Of a stretch of 64,000 nt of DNA, positions 1-11,500 are shown in pieces. Under the pieces are notes generated by a model that saw only the letters and a list, made by a program, of their open reading frames with translations, ran no database searches and had not been told where the DNA came from. The stretch lies in contig JAQGDQ010000020.1 in assembly GCA_030141605.1 (NCBI GenBank), positions 124,001 to 188,000 on the forward strand. Direction: 5' to 3'. Source of the stretch: Tubiluchus corallicola. Its lineage: Eukaryota; Animalia; Priapulida. The number at the start of each line of letters is the position of its first letter. Within the stretch, counting starts at the first letter, position 1. Position numbers and translations under genes: made by a program.

Positions 1-1467
1 ACGCACTTTGAGTCTAATATTTTTTTAATTCTTTCCTACATAAGAATTAAAGGACAAGAGGAGCTTTGAGATGATGACTTTTTCAGTATATGAGCTATAT
101 GTTTTCTGTTTCCCTTCAGTCGACTGCACTATTTTTCTCTAGTGTAAAATTCTGCTGCCCTATTCATTAGCCTACAGACACGTATCAGTCCTGCTTCCCA
201 GTTCAAATTCTGTTATAATTATTTTTTATATAGTTGCGCTGGCAGTCTTGTACTCCTGTATTGTAAATGTTTTCCTTTAAAACATGGTAAAACGCAAAAT
301 CTGACCAACAATAAATTACAATTGTTATTTGTGCAATTTATGCTAACATTTTTTAAGCATTTGTTAGTGAAAATCAATAAATATTTCCGCTAAAATTTAC
401 AATTCTCCACACAAGAAATTAGTTCGTGAAGCGGATTAGGATAGGTTTAATGTATTTAAACTGCAAGGGGGTGGTAAACTCCTTCCAATATTTTAGTATA
501 TTTGTTAATTAAACGATTCCATCGTTAATTATGTAGTTTCAACAGCTGTTCACATTACCCATGCAGCAAATGATTAACATTAAGTACTTTACAAGATGTA
601 GCACTAGTTACATGGCTGACATCTGTGATGCATGGCTATATCTGTACCAATTTTTGTATTTTAGTTTAGTAGTTCATATCGTATATTAATGCTGTGAGTT
701 TAACTGCTAGACACTTTATATCTTGTTTGCAGTATAGCTCAATATAAGTTTTTTTGAAAGGCTCGCTTTCAGTAGCAATCAGACTAACATTGACTAACTC
801 TAAAGCCTAGACCAATGATTTTCCACATTGGATGGAATTATACTGTACTGATTATCTTAGCTGATCATAATGTCTGTTGGGTGCTGACGTTCTCCTTTCA
901 CGTCAAATCATTTCCGTGATATCGAGTTCACATGGGAAATTTCATGGGAAATACAGCAACTGAACATACTGCAGCGTATTTACAAAATTACAAACAGTAT
1001 GTGATTTGGAATTTTGCGAAATTCTAGAAAATTGTGACGAATGTTTTTGCTGTCCAAGGGGAAATTCAAGAACCTTGGAAGTTAAAAAGTATGAACTAGC
1101 AAAAATATTGCTTATAGCACCGGTTCTACCACATAAGTAATTTTTTATTCGATGATACCTATTAACTTTGCGAAACTATGAGATCTCTACCTAACTTAAT
1201 AATATTGACGCTATTGCACTTCATCGCGTATGGCAACCACACAAAAAGGGAGTAGAATAATTCAGTTCGTAGTTTCTAGCGTCGAAAGTGTATTGCGGAG
1301 GCAGCGATTGAGAACATATGTGGACGATATTATTTGCAATAGCGATTTTTTTACGTTAGGATCACAATTATAATAATTATTACTTTGCTGCTAAAATGGT
1401 TAAGTCAATGCTCATAGACTGCCTCAGTTTATCAGGCGCTGGACTCACATACATATATAAAACTTAC

Positions 1468-1663
1468 CTGTTACCTGGTCGCCCGGTTTATATGTCGATA
1501 CGGATGTCTCAATTGTGTATGGAGTCGGATCGTCACTTGGCTGCGCTCCATGTAAAGTAGCATCTGGGGTCATTTGCTCGCATTGTTCTACAGGTGCTCC
1601 GCTTGGATACGCGAAAATATCGCTCACTAACGCAAAAATGATTACCAGTAAAGTGGCTTTCAT
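1468..1663 (-). CDS. Secreted reeler-domain protein (putative defense protein / ferric-chelate reductase-like N-terminus), exon 1 only; the rest lies left of the window
   Basis: Signal peptide MKATLLVIIFALVSDIFA is followed by YPSGAPVEQCEQMTPDATLHGAQPS...PYTIETSVSTYKPGDQVT, matching the reeler N-terminal pattern (YPxGAPxxxCxxMxPxH; YxPGxxxxV). Phase-1 donor G|GTAAGT at 1467. No in-frame exon 2 was found in 1-1466. Confidence 0.85.
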
Positions 1664-2289
1664 ACCGCTGATCGACGACTGTTTCGTTTCTTTTTAAACA
1701 GAAGTTTATTATTATTGACAGGTGGCTATTATGGCACCCACATATACTGCATAATATTTTATGAATTCTACCCAGTTGCTCTACTCCGCTAACTGACTGT
1801 TAAGACTTTATCTAGGTGGCGCGAGTATGCAGGAAAGCAAACTTGCATGTTTGGCAAAATTTAGATCCTAGAGTACCAATGCCGGCAAGGCTCTACTATA
1901 TAGAAATAATTTAAACATAGAGTCATGATTAAAAGACTAGCGATTGAAGCTATAAACTGCAGCGTTTAGTGGTACTTTGATGGAGTCTCGTTAGACAGAC
2001 AGTGCACTGAGATTTTTAAAGATTGTTGATTTAAAAAATTCTTTAAACAGAGAACGGTTGCTTTAATTGCACAGCTAGTATTGCAACAAATTTGATTCCT
2101 ACTTATTTTTTAAAGTTGTGAACTTGTTGCTATTAACTCGTAGTATTTTGCAACACCGTCTGTACAATTTTTATGAATAATTAGCCAAGCAAACCCAATG
2201 TTTCAACCAGTGCACGACCACTAGAGCTTTCATACTACCCATGATTTTATTTTGATTTTAGTTCATACGTAATTATGCGCGGTGCGAAA

Positions 2290-3115
2290 TGTTTGTGCAA
2301 CCTGGTAATATGATGATATGTAACATTGATGCTGATAACTTGATTGTGAGGCAGTTTGCACGCGAATTATCTAATTTAAGATGGACTTACTACTCGGAAA
2401 ACTGCGATAGCGACGGTACAGAGTTGCGAGGTGCGAGAAGCCTAAACGATGTAATTTTAAATTGTACGAAGATGAACTCATTTCTTACGTAGAAGTTGAT
2501 GTAGTGCAGTTATGGAATGTACGTAGTGAGAATGAAGTTGAGGCTCTAATTTGCGATATTGAACACATTTTGCGAGAGACTGCAAAAACTAGTAAAATCA
2601 ATAACCAACAAGTCGCTAATGATCGACCTGCTGCTGAATATGTCGGTAGGCAGTTAAATGTTTTCCTTAAATATGTCGCGATACGTTAAATCGGCAATGT
2701 CATTTAGAGGCAGAGAACTTATCAAAGATTTTAGTAATTTGCAACGCGAACTTAAGTCAGCCCAACTTCCCCAGTTGCAAATCGTACAAATCAATGCAAA
2801 GAATCATATGTTGATCAGATTCATTATTTTAATTGCACAGAAACTTGAAATTAAACTTTTTGCCATCATAGACCTTGAAAAGGCTTTCGATAAAGTGCTT
2901 AGAAGCACCTTGCAAATGTATTGGTAAAACTAGGTATCAATCAAATTATATATACTACGAAGCCGTTATGCATATTTCACATTTGCTATGTATTTCACTT
3001 CAATGGACAATATTCTTTGATAATTTTCAAATATTCTCTGGTATTCGGCAAGATGCACGCCATCAGTTTTACTTTTTAATGTTTTCTTTGATGACCTGTC
3101 AGGTTATTGGTTCAT
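2290..3115 (+). mobile_element. Degenerate non-LTR retrotransposon (LINE) reverse-transcriptase remnant
   Basis: Broken frames contain FAIIDLEKAFDKV (RT DxxKAFD motif, about 2855-2895) and FQIFSGIRQ (GxRQG motif, about 3025-3050). Frameshifts and stops are present, and the boundaries are approximate. Confidence 0.65.
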
Positions 3116-5845
3116 GAACATGTTTATATATATGTGTGTGTATAAGTTTATTGTAGAAGTTTGACCGTCGCCCGATTGACCATTTTGTGGAATTACTTCT
3201 AATGATTTTTTTCTAAATTGCTGTCCGACATAGTCCTTTGTTTCTGAAAGCACATTGAAATTATATTTTTGAAAACAAATTAACAAGTATCTGAACAGCA
3301 AAAACAACAACAACAGCAGCGGTGGCAGCAGCAGCAACCCTTATTCGTGAATAATATGTTATTGGCTGTTAATGCTCTTATATGCAATGATAATAGCACG
3401 GATGGAGGCCCACACACGAGCAGTATCTTGTCAAGTTTAGATGAAAAGTGTGCCTTGCATGCGCGCTGTGCCCCGCGGGAAGAAAAAACTCACAATGGTG
3501 TAATTGCCGAAAATGTCACTTAACTAGAGGAAGTTCATGTGCAAGGAATTTCTTTGTCTTCGACTCGGGAAAAATGTTCACAAAAAGGTCTGGTTTCTGA
3601 ACGGCTCAAGTTTAGGCCTCCCACGCATTGACGGCTTAGGGACATTCCAACCGTGTTTACCTCCTGATTTCATAGCCGAGCCCTGTGCCAACCTCAACAT
3701 TAACAGCTGCTTTAGCTTGGGTAGAATTACGTGATATTTTTTCATTGGTGCAAACAAATGGGATAACATTTGCATCAAACCTCCAAGATTTAAAACAGTG
3801 AAAAGATTTGCTTTAGTCGATTTCTTGGAAATGATAAAGTGCTTCCATTTTTATTTTTCTGGTATTTGCTTCGAGATGCAAAAACAATTCAAAACAAGGA
3901 TTTGTCCTGCTTTTGTTATATGTTGATTGTGATAACTGATAAGTGATCTTTCTGAGAAATGTGATGACTGCGCTCACCGGCCGTTAATTGAAACAAAAAA
4001 CGCTTGTCATAAACAAAGCTTAAGAAATTGTCTTAAAACTTTATATCACTTATACGCTGTCTTATTACATACAGGGCGTGCGTTTGCATTAACGCTGCAT
4101 AAAACTAGTAAATTTAAAACTCCCGCGATTACCACTAACACAGCCAATTTAACTTTGTCAATTGAAACAAGTTTGTATAACACTGTGTAAAGGTTGAGAA
4201 AAATAATCACAGCATTCGTAGCGCAAACTTCGCTAACTAAGCAACGGTGTAAATCACTTTACGATGTCAATAAGATCAATAGTGTGTTTTTTGGTGAATC
4301 AGTGGTGCACATTTGGATGGCAATGCAATGCCGTTTTACGAGGTGTTGCGATGACAATATAAACTATTCAGAATTTTCTTTTTCAATTACGTAAGTCTTT
4401 CTAGTAGGTGGGCGTATTGTAACTTTGTATGGAAAGTTCTTTGGGATGTACTTTAAAATTCTCCCTCTCTTTAGGTTACTAAGCTAGCACTAATTATTGG
4501 GAACATTTTAGTAATTACTACTATTAACAAAGTGTATATTTTAGAATTTTAGTGTATATTTCAAAATGGGTTGGGATTTGAGAAATCGTTCTGTTTTCTT
4601 TTCTAACTAAAGAACATAAATACACGGTTTTTAGATAACTGTCAGACATTCTGGCCGCAGAATGCCAACGAAGATGAGCGGATTTTAGAAAAATAAAAAA
4701 AAACTTGAACAAATCAAATGAAAAACAGGAGGTCAGTTGAAGAAGAAACAGAAGAATAATGAGATCAACGCGAAGGGGTATCGCTTATAAAAATGAAATA
4801 TTTTGGATGCACAATATGAGTGCCTAAAAATTAAAATCTGATAAACTCTTTTGTCTGCACACTCGAGAATTGTTAACCTATTTCAAAATCGTCGTTTGAA
4901 AATAAAAATCCGATAAAAAAAATCAATCTACATTTAATTAAACTGCGTACTTTTCTGTCAATTCACAAATGTGGACTGTAAAAGTTGCTCAAAAAAGTAG
5001 TTGATGCTTTCCAGGGCGCTTATAAATTATGAAAATATGGTCAAACAAAATTTTAAATGACCTGCATAATAACATCAAAAGTGGAAAACAATGTTGTCCT
5101 TGGGAGATGCTAGTCAAAGTGGATTGGTCGTGTTCTGAGAATGTCAAATGACGTTCCAGTTGTTAAAGTTTCGCATGAAGCTCTAAACTAGCAAAAAAGA
5201 TACACATAAAAGCTATGATAAAATAAAAGTGCACACATTACTTTCTCTTTATAAAAATAATAGTATTGTAAATTTAATTATAATAATAATCACCTTCATT
5301 TAAGCACAAACGAGCATTTTGCACTACTGAACCTAGTTAAGGTTCAGCAAATATACATTTTATGCATGTAACTGACGCAAACATTGGTATGCTATTCTGC
5401 ATATGACTTAGATGCATAAACACTTAATTTAATACAAAATAAGAGGTGAAATAGTTTGCAAAATGATTGACTTAGTACAAAGTGTGAAATTTTAGGCATA
5501 GGCTATCTTACAAGATATTTGATAAATGCCTACTGCAGTACGCCCATGATGCAAATGTAATTGTGTGCATAAGCACTGTCAATCGTCTTTCGTAAACGCG
5601 CAAAAAGGCACTACTTGTTTTTAGCAAAAACGAAACCAAAAACGATCCGTTATCGTAATGTTTGGTGAGCTGATGTGGTTTTAGTTACCGACCTAATGGA
5701 TTTCTGAATGTCGCGATAATCGAAAAAATAGAAGGTTTATAAAATATCCGTATAGGAGTACTTTACTGCTCTGTGCTGCTGTGACTGAAGAACTCTAACA
5801 ATCCGGAAAATTGACTCGTTTTCTGCACCCAGGCCTGCAAGGAAC

Positions 5846-5863
5846 TGTGTGTGTGTGTGTGTG
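5846..5863. repeat. (TG)n microsatellite
   Basis: Direct reading: about 9 TG units. Confidence 0.9.
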
Positions 5864-8094
5864 AAAATGCTAAATTAATTTGGCATGAAAGTCTTTGTCA
5901 ATGAAGATAAACAAGACGGGCGAATAAGAACAATGTGAAGAATGTACTGTTTGGCATTTGCTGTGGGGAAATGAACTTCACGCTCAAATGGGTGAAAAAG
6001 TGAGTTCCTTCAGTGCACAAATTTTAATAAAAATTTTGTTCACCCGTTACAGAATTGTTACCAAAAGTTCTGGAGAATAGCTGGCGATTTTAGGCTTGCA
6101 CTAACCAAAATAGGGACCGTTTCACATTTTTCTTCTGAAAATTAATTTACAAAGTTACGTCTATTTCTGAATCCTTTATACTTATACAGATAGTTTCGGA
6201 CTTTCCCTTAGCAAGTTTAATGACTTTCGTCACTATGATTTCTTGAAACTGAATTGTTACGATCCATTCTCTGAACGTTTTATGTAGAAGTTTACTGAAA
6301 TATCATTACCAACATCGACTGGCTCACCATGCAGAAAACGGCGTATTCGAATACATTCACGTTATGCCAGCTTGAAACTCATGTAGCGAAAAGTTAGCTA
6401 AACGAATTCACGATACAAATCTACGTAAAACTGAGGTACAACTGTATAGTACTAAAAGCAACATTATGATCTTACGTCAAGACAACTAAACAAATTAAAC
6501 AAATCAATAACATTATAGCAACGAATATAACAATTACCTACATAATACGTTATGATATAAATAGATATAGATACACGTACAAAAAATGTCATGGAACATT
6601 GAAGTTGTATATAGCTAATGCCTGCATTTTGTACCGGGAATTTCTCATAAGTAAAAATTCTATACACTTTTGATATTTGCAGCAAATTAATATATAAATT
6701 TTTTATCTATATATTAAATAAACCACAAATTTTTTACGCATTTTTGTGCTCTTAAGAACAACACAATTATTTGTGCAAATAAAAGGCAAATTTACAGTGC
6801 AACATGTTAAGTGATTGTGAGAACAAGTGAAAAACCTATGTAGCGAACAGGAGAAATACTACAACTTAATATTTAGTTCGGTGTGCATCTCTGCATAACA
6901 CTGTAATATACTATAATAATAAGCGCGTAGTTATTATGAAATATCTTTTGATTTAATTTCAGAAAGCCCCCCATTACTATCTATGGAGACTTTAGGTTTT
7001 TCACTGCAAAGTGAGAAGATGCTAAGTTGCAAGATAATCCAAATACTACATCCACGGGTTTGACAGACGCCCACACAGAAATAATTATTTAAAACTGTGA
7101 ATTTGTGACGCACTCTTTTCACTTACTTTAGTTGTCAGCTTAAAGTTTGAAAGTTCATAATCATACATGCTGAAGAACATAATACAATTTATCATCATTC
7201 ATTCAAATAGAAATTTAAATAATAAATAATAACTATAATCACATGGTAAACGTTACATGTTCTAGCAGAAAAGTCGTGTGAGACCTCGAGGTTACTTACA
7301 ACTTGTAAGTAAATGCGGTGATGAAAACGTGATGTAAATTTCGGTTGAATACCAGTAATTAAAAACCGATTTACAGTGTTTGAAATACTGAGAAATACCG
7401 CATAGAAATCATAATAATGTGCGATTGCTAGATTTTTGCATACAGATGAAATTTTTGGTAAATTGTTTAAGTAGACCACTATATTTTTTCGGGCTGCTAC
7501 AGGTCCACAGACCAAGAGTTAAGAAGAATATTCCATTATTTTCTTGTATGAAAGTAAATGGTCACTATCAAAACACAATTGTTATGGGAATTACAGACTT
7601 CATATAAATTATAATTTGACAGCGTTCCTGTTTTCTGTTTCGTGGTTGAGAAGTTTCACACAGAAATAAATTCTCACAACTATCAGTTTTTGGCAAAACA
7701 ATTTCAAAAAGTTTGTAAAATCGCTCGAATTTTGGCGCGGGAATAAATTAATAACTGCTTTTTAGCACATTTACATATTACAAATACATGTATATCTCAC
7801 TTTGGCGCAATGGCAAGACAAAAGACATTCATTCTGGATTTATCCTGCTTAATTAAATAAAAGTTCTGTATAGCTGATTACAACAAATGCTTTTAACTTA
7901 TGCTGCTAAAGTATATGCGTATACTGTAAAATTGCGACTTCAGTAGAGCCTAGTAACAGTACTTTCTTAGTGTTTTACACTTATTGAACTTTGCTGCAGC
8001 ATACTACTACACTTTTTCGTGTGATGCTCAATTTGTCATGTAAACACAAAGTTAGAAAGAGGCCTAGAAATACTTAGTCTTTAGCTTAGTTTAC

Positions 8095-8575
8095 TTTGGC
8101 ATATGAATATCAGAATGACATTTTTGATATGTGATACACTTACAGTTAAACGGGCAAAAATCATGTAATTATAATGTGGAACGGTTAAGTTAAGTAGCAC
8201 GCAATGTACTAGCAAAAATCAGCAACTGTTAGACGCTGTGCAACATTTCTATGTGGTAGCGACCAGTGACTGTAAATTGATCGCTGTCACTTTGCTATAC
8301 TAGTTTGGCATGTGAATATCTGAATGTCATGTTATTTTTTTATATGTCAGTGACATAGCACTGTTACACTTATAGTTAAAGAAGTGGCAATTCAGTTTAT
8401 TACAGAAACAAAAAATCACAATTGTAGTATGGAACGGTTAAATTAAATTGTATGCCACGTACTAGTAACCATCAGTAACTGTTACACGCTGTCCAACATT
8501 TCTATGTAGTGATTGTAAAGGGCTATATGTACACACTACGCGGTCAGTTACTGTCAGTTGCTGTCGCTTTCGCTG
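8095..8575. repeat. Diverged tandem duplication (about 8095-8297 vs about 8303-8575) spanning the CBF-beta stop codon and proximal 3' UTR
   Basis: Collinear shared blocks: tttggcat(a/g)tgaatatc(a/t)gaatg, tacactta(c/t)agttaaa, tggaacggttaa, atcag(c/t)aactgtta(g/c)acgctgt(g/c)caacatttctatgt, and gctgtc(a/g)cttt. Confidence 0.8.
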
Positions 8576-11500
8576 CCTTCCAGTTCCATTTTTCTTATGT
8601 CTGATTCGGGAACTGTTAACTGAAAAAAAGATAAAATAACTTTGTAAAATGTAATGCACAAGACGCAAACGTTGTGTGTTTATTCGAAATTAAGTAACGT
8701 CTTAATCTCTACCGTTTACATGGAACGTAGAGTAAGGATATACATGTATTAGGCCACTCCTTCACTACCTACACAAGGGCAACAGTTTACTTTTTGAAGT
8801 CTGAGTCACTGACTTTCTAGCAAAAGAGTATCTCATTTCCTCCCAGACGGACACTGCATCGTGGTGACTCAGAGTTAGACGCTCCTCTAATGTATGGGCA
8901 GTGGGCACCAATCCCAGTTTATTTCAGGTTGCAAATGTCATTCTCTGGCCTCTGCTTCGACTATGATGACTTTTTGCTCATACTATATTATAAACTTGTC
9001 ACAGGAAAACATTTTGTAAAAGTAAGTAAAGGTTTAGAGAAATCTGAAAGTTTAAGCAGCCATTGGGTTGAGCATATATCTACAGTTAAATGCGAAATCC
9101 GATACACAATTCGTTCTGAACTGTTTAAAAAACATCAGATTCGATAGAGGTGCACCTCACATAACGGAGTTCAGAAAGTAACGCACCACTGGTCAGGAAT
9201 ATAAACAGCCAGAGCAATATGGTAGGCAAAACGTCCCAGAAACATATTTCTCGGCTGCCACCCATTCGTTAACCAAGCTCGGCATTGTTTAACTTCATTC
9301 GCTATATGCGCATATCGTAGTTACTCAACTTTTCACCTCCAAATAATGTCAAAATACAAATAGGCAGTAGCTTAATTTGCTGAAACATTGAAACTTACTA
9401 ATTTTTGTTCTTCTTTATAAGTTCTATGTCGTTCTTCAAACTCTCGTAAACGTCTGTTGTATTGTTCTACTTGTTCCTGTAATATCACGTCTTCATTCTG
9501 AAAAGGAAGTGTAGTCACTATAGTAGTAATGCATTTAATCAATTTTGTTTTCATACTAAATTTGTGTTTTGGTTGGGCTATACTGACATTATACTTGTGT
9601 GTTTACAATTTTTGCAATTACCAAAAAATTGATGTATACTTTGTTTGCCTATAAATTCATGCTCACGCGCTTTTATCACAATTCCCATATTTAAAAAAAT
9701 CGTAAATTTTTACTCGCGAGTCAAGTTTGAGACATTTCTATTGATTGGATGGTAATACGTTTTACAGTGTATTTCATAAATATTATAACTCCGCAACACT
9801 GTTAATTGAATAGTGGCTTGTGAATGGTAACCAAAACACAACCGTCACACCGCGGTATAACAATGGATTACTTCTAAGGTACCGGCACGCGCACTTTGTT
9901 TAATTAGTTTAAATCGTATTCATTTTCGTTGTTAGCAACGAGCTGGTGACAACCCCAGATACAAAGGTCTCTTATATAATTCAGCCGATTTCAAATGAAT
10001 ACCTGTAATTTGATGATCTAATCGCAAGCGAAGCTAACCATTATATCGCAGATGGCTGTATCGTTTTTAGCACACCTGTTGAATTTTGACTAAGATGAAT
10101 TGATCAAAATAATGATAACGAAAGTCAAATAAGTAATGACGTTATGCAAAATAAAGAGCGTTTAATTGTTATACAGTAATTATCGCAGCTAAATATGTTG
10201 AACTGTGATATAAGATGAACCATTGAAACTTCCTCAGCTCTATATTCACCTATTATCACCTCTCTGTTTGTATTTTCTTGAAGTGTTATTAAACAGATGG
10301 ACATTATTAAACGGAGGTCGACATTTCGCATATATAACAAAGAAAGGTTCGGTAAAGGTTGTAACAAATGCAATGAAAATTAAAGGAAAAATGAAAATGA
10401 TTAATTCATGACATTTATGTATAGGCCTATGTGATATATAAAAAGTAATAAACAAATTTTTATGTGTATTTAAAAAGTTCACAAATTTCCTTAACGACAA
10501 AAACTCGTTTATGCTGAACCAGCTACAACGTTTAATGATGGATGTTGTAAAAGCTTTTACATCTAAAAATATCGTTACCTAATAAATAATTCTAGAGAAG
10601 TCTAGCTAGCTATAGAACATCAGCTGACGTATTTGATTTAGAATATGAAAATTGCTTTATGGGCGGCTTTCATCAGTGACACTCTCTGAACCATGTAATA
10701 GTAGATTTAGTTTTACGCTTAATGAATAAATACGACACAGTTTATAATAAGCTTTCGGGACTTACTCGCGCTCGTTCTTCGTCTAGTTCAAGCCATCCTA
10801 TACCGTCTAATCGTTGTGAGTCTATCCATCCTCGCCAGCGTACGCACACACCATCCAAAATAAAATGTGATAAGATGTGTACCTAGAATAAAGAAAATGA
10901 AAAATTTTGAATAATTAAAATGCATCCTTTAATATTCATTTTCCTAATCTAAACCATGCAACTAACGAGCACCTATTTAGCTGAAACTATAGGGTATCCT
11001 CGGAAACAGATCTTTCTTTTTTTAAAAAAAGTACAAAAAATATCAAGCGTTCGAAACACAGAGTTCGTAAACAAGGACTGCATCGGGGACATCAGATGGC
11101 GAGTTGATCTTCTGCGACACGGTATGGGGCGGTATAAAAACGCATAGTTGGTCAAATGACCAACATCGAGATTTTGCCATACATCTACAGTGTAACAGAA
11201 ATAAAATATAGTTTTATTTTGCTCCAGTTTGGAAAATGTCTTAAGAGTAACTTAGCACATATACGTTGTTGGTAACGTTTCTTCATCGCGTATTGAACAA
11301 AAAAAGCAACGTTCGGGTGTATGTATATGGGTTTAGCTGATACTGTTTCGTGATGCCGTGAAGATAAAAAAGGGCTACACCTGGTATTATGCGACAATTT
11401 TGCATTGATTTCCCGTTACTTAACACTTATTTTTTCCGCTCAAGTTTCTGTGCAGAATAAGAAATGAAAAATGCCAGTAATCATAACAAGGTATTGTAAG

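Noticed and set aside
3104-3337. Leu-rich ORF resembling a signal peptide
   Set aside because: It is produced by a (CAA)/(CAG) repeat at about 3303-3337 and has no ATG or homology.
3537-3778. Overlapping short ORFs on both strands
   Set aside because: No recognisable motif or splice context; possibly decayed repeat.
10221-10280. Possible extra CBF-beta cassette exon ENTNREVIIGEYRAEEVSM
   Set aside because: The only nearby AG gives the wrong phase, the donor is weak, and exons 4 and 5 already join seamlessly.
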